This document shows, in pieces, positions 22,945 to 33,780 of a stretch of 39,697 nucleotides of DNA (its first letter is position 1; every line of letters begins with the position of its first letter). The position numbers and the translations under genes were made by a program. The notes under the pieces were generated by a model. The model searched no databases and was not told where the DNA came from. It saw only the letters and a program-made list of their open reading frames with translations. This DNA comes from Trypethelium eluteriae (lineage: Eukaryota): assembly GCA_051942245.1 (NCBI GenBank), contig JAVECL010000175.1, forward strand, positions 1-39,697, read 5' to 3'.

Positions 22945-24276
22945 TCATCGTTCAACTCGCCCAAGTCTCCTTGCTCTTGCTATTCTACTCCTCCCAGCAT
23001 TACCAGCATCGCCACGACCAGCAGCACACGCATCAGCTCGTATATACATCATTTGATTGCCTCTTAAACGACCACCACGGGGCCTCACATTGTTTAGATC
23101 ACGCTCAGCTCGGATTCCCCTAGACGACGGTTGGACTCCTGTGTCTTCCTGCAGTTCATGGACTTCCTCCTCGACCTCCAGCTCCAGCGCAAGATTTGTC
23201 GTCTCTGTCGGGAGTTCCCTCCCTAAATTTACTCCGTCGACTTCATGCGTATGCTTGCCTTGGTCATGCAATCCTGCTCCCGGGCCCCCCTTTTCCTTTT
23301 CGACACCATAGTCCACCCCTCTTACCCACTTTTCTCTCCGCCAGAGTAGAAAACAGAGTAATGCAAGCAGAAAAAAGAACGCCATCAGTGCGCCAGTCGT
23401 AATACCTGCAATCGCGGCGCTGGAAATATGATAGGCCTTAGGCAAAATCGAACTCGTACTCGTCAACGTTATGGTGACATTGCTATAGTTGCTCGAAGAA
23501 GCGGTCAGAGTCGTGGGGCTAAATCCCGGAAGATCGCTCTCCTGGTACACCAGCTGTATGAGAGGAGCTGCAAAGAATATGCTCGTGGTAGCAAAATGCC
23601 CTGTAATTGTCACAGTCTCAGTGGCAGCTGTAATTGAAGCATTATCGAAGATCTCGGTATTGCAGAAATTTGCAATCACGGTAGTGGAAGTCGTTGCTGC
23701 TCGAGTGCAAGTTTGATAGGGTATGATCTCTGTAATGCTTATGGTACGAAGTATAGTACCACAACCGAAGTCACTAGCCACAGACTCAATAAGAATAATC
23801 GAGACGGGCACATAAATGGAGGATGATGAAGCAACTTACGTTGGACAGCATCCAAAAACAGATTCTGTACTCAAAGGTGGATACTGGAATTGGAAATACT
23901 TCCAGTCGCCAGCACTTATGCCCGCGTTCTGTGTACAAGCAGTGGTGTACCCGATAGGGCAAACGTAACCAGGAGAATAAAGTCCATAGCCCTGCTCTAG
24001 GTCCACATGAGGGATGCTAGTAGCTGAAGGTGGCCAGCAGGATGTATCATCGATCAGGTTCGTCCCTTGGCAGGAAACGGCCTGTAGGGCAACAAGCGTG
24101 GAGGAAGACATAAAGGCATAAAGAGAAGAACACGATGCTGCTGGAGTGAAAGTCGTTGTCAAAGGACCAATATTAACACGGGCTTGGTATGGAATGGACC
24201 GTGGCGCTAGGCCCGTCGTGCGCTGTGGCTCCTCAACAGACATAGCGTCAGTACTTAATCTAGAAGACTCGGTCAT
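22945..24276 (-). CDS. Single-pass membrane protein with Cys-containing Ser/Thr-rich N-terminal region (exons 24276-23840, 23773-22945)
   Basis: GPLTTTFTPAASC, YSPGYVCPIGYTTAC and CCP motifs of a widespread uncharacterised fungal family; APLIQLVYQESDL; TM helix AIAGITTGALMAFFFLLALLCFLLW followed by RREK; cytosolic HEV/ELP/ELE repeats; intron 23839-23774. Start may be 24243. Confidence 0.8.
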
Positions 24277-25472
24277 CACGGTGATTGATGGGTGTAGGCG
24301 TCAGAAATGTTTCGATCAATATGTACCACGTCAAGGCGTAGCGAGCAGAAACTCGAATACGCATGAGGATCGTGTCCGCGTAGGTCGAGAGTCGAGAGGG
24401 AAGCTGTGATTGCAACGGTGGTGAGTAGCCTTGCGAGTCCCTTTGTGAAGTGAGGAAGGCAGCAGTATCTCGGTGTTCTTCCACACCAACTGCACGTCTC
24501 CTATCCGGTGAAAGCTTCCCTCAAAGAATCAAGGCTTAGGCTTCGCAAATCAGCTATCTTCAGAGCGATTCGCATGCCTAGAGTGATGGGTGGGTTTTGG
24601 CGACGGTCGTTTAGCTGAGCACTGGCGCACGTCTCCTGGAAATTGTGCAATAGTACAGTAACTTGGCCAGAGTCGGGGCTTTTACGGAGTACTTGACGCA
24701 GCGCTGCGATAGTCAAAGCGCGTTACATCCATCAGAAAAACTGGCGGCGAGGCGTTCTAGCCGTACTATCGGCTGAATGCTCGGTGATGCGGATGCACCC
24801 ATCGTCCCAGCTGCAAGATGTGTCAAAAAATAGGCATTAGGTCAAGATGACTGAGTAGAGGCAAGGTTATTACCCTGACGAGGGTAGTCTCAAGGCTTTT
24901 TCGGCATGCCCGGTCGGGCCAGTCCTTGCTCAAGCGAAGCAAAATCGTCATTAGGGCCGTCATAAAACTTGAGGCTCATCGCAAGACCTTCTCATTCGCA
25001 CGTAAGGGAAAGAGTAGGAGTTGTATCGATTTGCAGGTCATCAGTCCACTGTTCCACAAAGGGAGACCGCTTTGCGGTACCAGTGAAGTGCTCCGCACAA
25101 TCCACAGAAAGAACAAAAAAATCCATCAGCTTCAGAACGTCATATAAAGCATACCGTCAGCAAGACCCGAAGACATGAATGGAAATTGAGCCCTGCAAAT
25201 GTGAATTCGATGAACGTAAATATGGTCCGCATCTGCAGACTGAGCTCGGTTATTTCTGTGAGGGAAACGGATTAGCTAGGGGAGAACCTGTTTGTCGGGC
25301 AAGCCGATGTCAAGGTTGGATCCATGGTGATGCATGGGAAACTTTGTTGAAACAAGAAGGCGACCGCCTCGAAGGCAATATAAACACGTCATATTAGATA
25401 TGTGATCAAATTGCATCGGCTCGTTGTGCTGAAGTCGCTCGAGGCGCTGAAGTGGCTGGTCAACGTGTTGCT

Positions 25473-25500
25473 ACGCCTCCACGCCTCCACGCCTCCACGC
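25473..25500 (+). repeat. Short tandem repeat (ACGCCTCC)3.5
   Basis: Read directly from the sequence. Confidence 0.8.
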
Positions 25501-26308
25501 CCCCGCTACCTTCCCAGTCGATGCTTTAGTCGCACGTGGTCGCTTCAGGGATAAAGATACATCTCTACTTGGACCGTGCATGCCAGGATGGATGATTGAG
25601 TTATCGTCCATGCACGGGCTGAGTCCCAGAGAAACTTGAGGTGACCAAGGCTCTTAAACTGTTGGTTGCAGTACCTTTGAGGGAGGATTCTGAGAGTTGT
25701 CAGCTTCTTGAACATGTAAAGAGAAATGAGAAAGGTGAAAACATAGGGAAAGAAAGATTGGAAGAAGGGTCAATTTTGGAGAATTATGATGCTATCGTTG
25801 CTTCGGATGAGCTCGGGAGAGCCCCAATGGAAATCACGGCCTAGAGTACCTCTAATTTCCTCAAGCCGTGAATTCTCTATATCAGGATACTTTCCCGCCA
25901 AGGCCATAACTAATTATGTACGATTATGCGCTGGGTATTCTTAGATGTTATATAAATCTCTAAAATAGTGACCAAAGACATACTTAGTATACAGTCCTAA
26001 GTCCTTAAATTCTCAAACAAGGCGAAGCGAAGTCGATGTTCTCATCTCGATGAGTCGATTGGTGTACAAAGAGCCGTGAATGTGAGTCGAGGCAGCCTGG
26101 TGGTTTCAACGTTCTCTTTTGCACGCTCAGAAAAAGTACCGAACTGTGGCGGAGGCTACATCAGGGCGAAAAACTCTGTTGCTCTACGTAGCTACAGTTG
26201 ACTGTTTAATGACCTCGGAAATTAAGGAGATGAAGCCTCTGAGGTGGTCTATACTAATTCGGGCAGGGATCTGCACCCCTACGGGCGAGCCAACAGGACC
26301 TAGGAACA

Positions 26309-28511
26309 TCACCTAATAGAAAGAGACGATAGGTGAGTTTTCAGGTTCGACAAAAAGTTTGTGTCTGGCCAGCGGGGATTAACAGGAGCTCGTGACTGTC
26401 GAGGGTTCAACTCATGGTCTCGTAGAAGCTGGAAGATTCGTCGTGCGCTGGTGCATTTTGGATCGACAAGGTTTGCCCTTAAAACCTCCATCCGTTGATG
26501 CCTGCCTTCGTCCTGAACTAACTCAAAAAATAAGTGTTCTAGGAAATCCAGGTAAGTTCCGACACTAGTCATACCATTCTCGTCCACAGGGCAATTTGTG
26601 AAATATTCCTGAATTGGATACCTTCTCAGCTGTTCTTCAAGCCTGTCAATTCGAGTGAGGACGAGAATGAAGGTTGCTCCCGTGAGCCACGTGTTGGTTA
26701 GCATCGAGTTGCATAATTCATATTGCTCCCACATCTCGTTAGCCTGCGGACCTTCAGGGCGCCAACCCGCATATGCACAGGTATCGACTGTCAGCAGAAC
26801 AACGTCCGTGTTCTCAAAACAATGAATCCATTTGCTCTCGCCTCTGGTTCCTACATCGGAAACCATGTATGTACTGCCCTGATAATGCAATAGTCGCTCA
26901 CTGATTCCGAATGTCTTCACCTGTAGCCTCAAAATGTCCTCAATTGTTGGACAGTAGTCAGCGGTGCCTATTCGTTCTATGTTTGCCATATAATACTCGA
27001 TGTTACTACCCAGCCGATGTTCCGGGCTCCGTGCGTAGCCTTCATGCACTCTTGACAGCGTCCACAAGCTCGCGATAGCCGCAGTCATTTCCACGGGCAA
27101 AGTCTCTTCATGAAATTTCGGCTCTTGAAGATATATTGTGCGCATGAAGTCTTCGCGGCATCCCACGAACTCGAGTAACGTACGCATACTTAATAAGATG
27201 GTCTCAAAGATGGCTGCCTTATAAGATCGCCGATGATTCTCATTATAGGCATGAGGATCCGCGACGAATACCATAGAATGTCCAAGGGTAGACTTCCCGC
27301 TTTCGGAGAGCCCTAGAAGGAGAACTTTGGATATATTGCGATTTGGAGAGGGAGATGGATCAGATGTCTCAGGGAAGCTGTGCGGGTTAAGGCTGGTGTT
27401 CTGGAATTGAATGCCACGAAGTTCGTTGACGGGAATGCGCACAGGGCTCCACCGTGGAGATTGTGGCAGAGGAGGGCTCGCCGATACAGGACTCTTGTTA
27501 CTTTGGGAGACACGACCCTTTCCTAAGGGCATTTTTCTCCGGGTTTGATCCGATTGGCTGGCTGAAGCAAGTGCATCAGCATCGGATGGGGCCGAACTAA
27601 CATTATGACTCTCCATAAGTCGGCTAAGCAACATTCCTTGCTGTTCATTAGGTGCGGCCCCTTCGGTTTCGGGAGCGGTCCATACCCTGCTGTGGCTCTT
27701 TTCGGGATCGTGGGAGTCTGTTGATTGGAAAGAAATGGTACCGTCAGGAGACTCTTCAATTTCTCGCTTTTTGCCTTTGCGAGGAGTAGCTAACTGCCTT
27801 ATGTGTGACCTAAGGGCTTTCTGGTACGCGTTTGTACCCAGTAACACAGTGTCAAATTCAAAGTCAATGCTGAGAGCATGTATGTTGTCCGAGAAGGAGC
27901 TCCGAGTGTCAGACTTTGAGGCGCGGTTGATAGCTCTCATAGAAGAAGTACAATCTTTCGCAAGCTGAAGAATGGTTTGCGCCTCAACATCCGCCAGGAC
28001 CGTACTTTGTTCGGATGAGGTCTTACTACAGGAGCTTTAGCCCAGCATTGAGTTCAATGGCGAAATTACACTGCCATTGGATTGCTTGTAGTAAGAGGGT
28101 GAGGGCGTTTACTTGGTGATTCAGAAGAGTTACATAGTCTACCAAGTCCTTTTCGGTCCATAGAAAAGAGATCTTTTTAGTGAGTCCCATATGATCATCT
28201 CCTGAAGTATCAAGCTTATCTAGATGCTCCTGCAGAGACATCATCAGGGGGCCAAAACAGCTAAGAGAGTTATCAACGTGGCCGGCCAGTATTGCATATC
28301 GAGGATCGCTCAGCAGGTCTCTGTGAGTCCATGAGGATAATTGATCTAGCGCAACTTGAATGGTGCAGAGCTGACCAATCAAGTTCGATACCAGGAAAGG
28401 CGAATCTCGATATTTTGTTTTCAATGTGCTCAGCCTCTTGATACTTCTTGTTACGACATCAGCGATCCCAACGACTGAGCCGATAATACCAACAATCGAG
28501 GCTGGGTCCAT
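26309..28511 (-). CDS. HeLo-like/SesA (fungal STAND N-terminal) domain fused to an atypical G-protein alpha domain, ~717 aa (exons 28511-~28075, 28025-26309)
   Basis: N-terminus MDPASIVGIIGSVVGIADVVTRSIKRL...KKISFLWTEKDL...LNHQVNALTLLLQAIQ. A short intron (CTAAA..TAG acceptor at 28026) joins it in frame to the 543-aa ORF carrying KVLLLGLSESGKST, IASLW, YYMANIERI..ADYCPTIEDILR, VKTFGISE, DVG..KWIHCFEN and FILVLTRID. Confidence 0.88.
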
Positions 28512-29523
28512 GTTTCGTCAGGCTTATATCAAATGCAAGTTGAAACATACCTGGAAAGGGCGGAAAATGGAACTTAAGGCTACTGCACTTTTGATATAGT
28601 CATCTCTAGGCTGACCGTAGCTCAGCCCCGCGATCGGCGGAGTATCCTGAGATCCTCCAAGTCAGCCTTATTCGACTGATATGTCAACCTGCAGGGTCAT
28701 CAATAGTTCAGGGCGAGACCACTGGACGAGCAACTTATTAGCTGTAGACTACTTTTAGAATGGCTTTCCTTTAATTCTGAAAGGGCTGGTCGAGGTATGT
28801 CAAAGCGTTGTTCCTTCCAAAAAAAAGGCAAGACCCCTGAACCCCGGTCACTTTGAACCTGGCTGGCCTACCTAGGGCTGCCTAGGTACCTAAGGTAAGT
28901 TGGCTCTGTGCAGCGTATAAATTTTCATTTCATATGATAATGATCCACACGTCGCATGTGCAGTAACATTCCATGTCTTGAGAAATTTTAACCAAAATGT
29001 AATTCATTGGATCAAGATTTGTCGCTCATCGCCACTGCTACCTTTCCCCGATCGTGTCGAAGGCTTGGAGCTGTTGGAGGTGGCTGAATTTCCGCTTCGA
29101 GCCCCCGGGGCCCACATCCAGTAGAAACAAGAAATGTTCACTCCGATATATTGCTCTTCTTCAACCTGTTCTACTTTTCTCTTTCTTTCCTCTTTTTCCA
29201 GTGTTAGCCCAAAGCTGATGTTTCTGAGAATTTGGGAGGGAAACCTCTAAGTCTGTGGTCACTCCAACTTTCCAAGGCTTGTATTTCCTGTGTGAAAACC
29301 CCGAATTCCTTGCCGGATCCCATGATCTAGCGACAGCACAGAGTAGACTACTCACTCCTCATCCCACGGCCACACCGTTGGGAACAAACGCGCTGTTTTG
29401 TGCAGCTAAAGAAACGAGGACAAGAGAGCTATTAAGTGATATTACCAGCCTCCAATCATTTCATTATACCTACGGGTCCTGCTTGAAGGAACACAAATCC
29501 TACCATCAACACTCATTGGAATC

Positions 29524-30210
29524 TCACCACCAGGATGGTCGTGAAGCCCTGCCACAACATCGTCGCAGTGGCTGCGGTGGTGCACTGTATCGCGCAAACT
29601 CTGATAAGGCTCGGGGACGTCGTTCCGATGTATCATGCTTCTCCGAGATGTCGACTAGCTCCGCAGCGCATTCCCGGTGGCTACCACCATGAGCATAAGT
29701 CGGTCTGCGCGCGTTGACGAGGCCCCAACGGGGTTCGCTTTCATTGCCACGTGCGGACTGGGCTGCATACGCCGCTTCACGGCGGACAGCTTCCTGATGC
29801 TCATGACTAGCATCACAAGCCCGGCGACGACTTGAGGAACGGGGTGTGATGGGTGGCGGTGGATCGTGATCGGGATGTCTCAGTACTTGCTCCCTTGTTG
29901 GCGGAGTCATGTTGCGTTTTTGAGCCCGATCACAGAGGCGGAGATAGTTCTCGTCCCTCGCTTTGGATAGGCTGGAGATCCTGCCGGAAGACGGCAAAGT
30001 CCGTTCTGAGACCGGTCGATTGTGGTCGGGTATTGTGGGCCAGCGTTGCTGGTTTCCTGTGTCGCCATCCTCATGGACACCGCACGCTTCATCTTTGCCC
30101 CATTGTGTGTTGAAGAATGCCAGGGGCATTTCTTGAGGACGAGTTGGTCTACGTGTAGTTTCGAAGAAACCGTTAACTGGAAGGCGTTCTTCAGTATAAT
30201 AGCGAGGCAT
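29524..30210 (-). CDS. Possible orphan protein, 228 aa, Arg/Pro-rich
   Basis: Longest ORF in the interval, ATG in a plausible CACGATG context; no recognisable domain. Confidence 0.4.
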   Translation of the reverse strand: MPRYYTEERLPVNGFFETTRRPTRPQEMPLAFFNTQWGKDEACGVHEDGDTGNQQRWPTIPDHNRPVSERTLPSSGRISSLSKARDENYLRLCDRAQKRNMTPPTREQVLRHPDHDPPPPITPRSSSRRRACDASHEHQEAVRREAAYAAQSARGNESEPRWGLVNARRPTYAHGGSHRECAAELVDISEKHDTSERRPRALSEFARYSAPPQPLRRCCGRASRPSWW

Positions 30211-30607
30211 CGTGAGTATTGTGTTGGTAGATGGAGTAAGTTGTGCTGGTATCCTTAGAGCTGCGGCTTATGGAGTCGCGTGCAAGCCAAGAAACGTCGA
30301 GAAAGTAAAACTCTCCATCAATGGCGTTTGTATACCCGTAATATATTGCAGCCCTGGTGAGCAGTAGAAGGACACAGAAAAGGCAAACTGTGACCTTGAA
30401 ACATTCATTGCTACCCAACGGAAAGGCAGTCTTTGTCTATCCCTCAGTTCATGACTATTGGGAACAAAGAAAACTGGATAGACAAGGCATTGTGCAAGCT
30501 CTGTAGGCAATACGACATACCATCAGAGCTACCATTCGCCAGGGAAATGCTTCAGATTGGGCACTGGGCGATGCGCGTTCAGCAGGTTTTCTCGGACGAG
30601 CTTGTAA

Positions 30608-31554
30608 TTAATCTTCTCCGTTCAGGATACGACGACGGTCTATTTCGTCTTCAACTTCGGCAACGGTCATGGGTATCTTTCTTCTTTCCCATTTCTTCTG
30701 TTCATCAAGAATAAAGCCTTCTGTGCTAAGCATCCCGACTACTAGAAAGCCAAGCTCTTCCCTGTCAACATCAAACACCTCCCACCATTCTCCGCCAGGC
30801 AGCTTTACCTCAAGTTCTCGCGCTGCGAGATATACTGAAGCCGTCGCCAGACTAGATGGCTGATTGGTCAGATATGGTAGCTGCGGGTTCAATAATGAGG
30901 TGTTCAAGTATGCGAAAGATCTTGCCGCGACATCTTCACCTTTTGGTCTGCCGATGACGTCAAGAGCCTGCAGATAATTGATACAAAGCGCATATGGAGT
31001 CGCAACATGTGTTTGAAACCCAAACTTGCGAAGCATTTGCGCCTCGATCTTCATCAGAAGACTTCTTGACGCCTGATACGTACCCTCGGAAACGTAATGA
31101 GAGTCAGGATCATAGTCCATGGCCTCGCCATGTAACTCTCCAAGACTAGGTAACTTTGCCTCTAAGAGTGCATAGACGTTGACGATACTTCGAGGTGATT
31201 TAGGCAGTGGGGAGTTTTTAGCGACCAGATAAACAGAGGCGGCGGAGACATCCTGGAGCAATGAACGAAGGCTCAAGGAAAGAGAGCAGGAGTGCTTACC
31301 TTGATTCCAAACTCTAGTAAGCTTCCACTCTCGCCCACCCAGAATCTAGTGAAAATGACAACTGCTTGGGCAACGATGTCCTGAGGTAGTCTAAGGAGGA
31401 TGCCGGCGATCTGAGTTAATCGCGCACCTGCGTAGCGTAGCGAGACTTCAAGATCCGATGGAACTCCGTCAAGTTGGGAAGGTGAAGTGGCCAATTGTTC
31501 CGGCGTTGCCAGTGGATTAGCTAGATGAGACAGCCCTGTAATGATGGGAGCCAT
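30608..31554 (-). CDS. Cyclin L-like transcriptional cyclin (exons 31554-31300, 31252-30608)
   Basis: SPSQLDGVPSDLEVSLRYAGARLTQIAGILLRLPQ, AASVYLVAK, EAQMLRKFGFQTHV and WWEVFDV match cyclin L/K-type boxes; intron 31299-31253. Confidence 0.88.
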
Positions 31555-32398
31555 GAGCGATTCACTCTCAGTGCTTTGTTTTTTTCTGTTTTGGGTTTCT
31601 GAATGGGAGTAGAGCATTGACGCGTTTGATGCTTGGCAGCGCAGCCCCAAACCAAATCTATCACAATGTCGGCGAAGTCTTTCTCCGACCGACCTTCATT
31701 GATGCACCACACCACCACCATCTCTGATATATTGCATCTATGCAAACGCTCGCATCAGAGAACTTTGATTTCTGCTCTTTCTATGGGCTTCGATGGCCGC
31801 GGCCTGGCTGTGGAGCTTCGGATATCGGCTTACCCACCCGTTATATTGAAGGGTTCCCTGCACGTCTGGGCCAAACCTCCGCTCCCTCTGTAGATGAAAC
31901 GAATCGCTTCCGGGATCGTAAGCCTACCGTCATCTATCTCGAGCGATCTGGCGTTTCGCTGTCCCATAATATCCCGCGCTCTATCTCTTAGCAGTTTTTC
32001 CGTCCACTGCTGTTCATTCTTGCCTTACCACACCCCGTTTTCAAGATGTGGCGGCACACAGAAACAACCAATCGACTCGTAGCCGACGTCGCGTAAACAT
32101 GTTCATGCCGTAATCCGGTCAGCACAGGTAGGAAATACTCCAAACCTACGGTAATTTGGCTTCCAATCAATGCGGTCATCGCCACTGATGGAGGGTATAT
32201 GAAGGCAAGTCTCCTCATTTGAACGGTTTCTGTACCTCAACGGGACGCCATCTCTCCACGAGCATCTGCATTTTTCTTCGCTCACGGTCCGTGACCGATA
32301 CGTTCATTCTTTTCTCAGTCATTCATTCGTGCTGTTGCACTTGATTATTAACTCTAGCATTCGCTGCTTGACGAAATTACCCAACAATTCTCTTCACC

Positions 32399-33406
32399 AT
32401 GAAGCAGACATCGACTGTCCTTTCCGTCGCGGGCCTCGTGTCCATGGTCTCGGCCCACGGCTTCATCACCTCCCCTCAGGCTCGTATGCCCGGCACTGCT
32501 ATGCAAGCAGCTTGCGGCCAGCAAGTCTACAACAACCAAGCGGCTGATAACTACGGCAACATCCAAGGAGAGCTCCAAGTTGCCGCTAGCCAATCCGACT
32601 ACAACGCCGCTTCGTGCGACATCACCCTTTGCAAAGGCTACAAATACGCCGACAACACCAAGAACGTCTTCAGCTACACTGCCGGCCAAGTCATCCCCAT
32701 CAAATTCGACGTTCGCGCCCCCCACACCGGCGTCGCCAACGTCTCCATCGTCAACACCAAGACCAACACCGTCATCGGCTCCCCCCTGAAGAGCTGGGCC
32801 ACCTTCGCCTCAAACTCCGCCCCGATCCCCGCCGAAGACACCAGCTTCAGCATCACCATGCCTGATGTCAGCTCCGAGTGCGGCACCGCCGGCGCCTGCG
32901 TCATCCAGCACTGGTGGAACGCAGCCAGCATCGACCAGACCTACGAGTCCTGCCTGGACTTCACCATGGGCTCTGGCTCTGGCTCTGGATCCGGATCCGC
33001 TGGCTCGTCCTCCGCTGCTGCTGCGCCCGCCTCGTCCTCCGTCTCATCCGCTGCCGCTGTCGTCTCCAGCACTGCTACTTCTGCCGCTGCGACGTCTGCC
33101 GCTGCGACATCAGCAGCTGCGTCCGTCACGTCTGTCCCCGCCATCTCTAGCTCGCTGCCCGCCGCCGTCTCCTCCTTGACCCAGGCTATTCCGACCAGCC
33201 TCCTCACTTCCGTCATCCCGACGGCTGCTCCTACTGGGGCTTCCTCCGGTAGTGGCTCGGTGCCTGCGCCGAGCTCGCCGCTTCCTGAGGGCTTTACCAT
33301 TCAGGACTTGATGGACTGGCTTGCGTACATTATGAGTGACGTGGTCAAGGATTTGGGCGGGAGCACTAAGAAGTCCCGAAAGTATGCTCGTGATTTTCGC
33401 ATGTGA
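32399..33406 (+). CDS. AA16 copper-dependent lytic polysaccharide monooxygenase-family protein with Ser/Ala/Thr-rich tail
   Basis: Signal peptide followed by mature N-terminal His (HGFITSPQARMPG); ACGQQVYNNQ..DNYGNIQG, LCKGYK, RAPHTG.ANVS (second His), DQTYESC (axial Tyr); C-terminal KYARDF. Confidence 0.9.
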   Translation: MKQTSTVLSVAGLVSMVSAHGFITSPQARMPGTAMQAACGQQVYNNQAADNYGNIQGELQVAASQSDYNAASCDITLCKGYKYADNTKNVFSYTAGQVIPIKFDVRAPHTGVANVSIVNTKTNTVIGSPLKSWATFASNSAPIPAEDTSFSITMPDVSSECGTAGACVIQHWWNAASIDQTYESCLDFTMGSGSGSGSGSAGSSSAAAAPASSSVSSAAAVVSSTATSAAATSAAATSAAASVTSVPAISSSLPAAVSSLTQAIPTSLLTSVIPTAAPTGASSGSGSVPAPSSPLPEGFTIQDLMDWLAYIMSDVVKDLGGSTKKSRKYARDFRM

Positions 33407-33780
33407 GCATTGAGGCCATCGGTTTGGGTTAGCTTTATGGATGATGGAAATTTAGACTGGGGTGTACAATTTTGGATGGAATTTGGATTCGTTGGTTGTT
33501 TTAACATGTAGATATTCATTTCAATGCACAACCTTTAAGGTGCTGAAGTATTTCTTTCAAGTTCTCAGATTTCTTAGTGATTATTGTCCACATGTGTACA
33601 ATGAGGAACATGTGATGAAGAGCAACTCATAGTACACGTTGTTGATCGATGCTCCGCCGTGGTCATAAGCATTAACAAGACCAATCTAGGGTATCCGCAA
33701 ATTGACAGCGCAGAAGACCTGGGATGCGTACGTCATTTACCTGGTTTAACACCTTCGCTATGCATTTGGCACTGGTTTCA

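Noticed and set aside
7000..29500. Starship or other giant mobile element
   Set aside because: No tyrosine-recombinase captain, transposase or boundary repeats recognised.
10416..33406. Functional copper cluster linking Ctr with the AA16 LPMO
   Set aside because: 21 kb and several unrelated genes apart; AA16 sits in the conserved flank.
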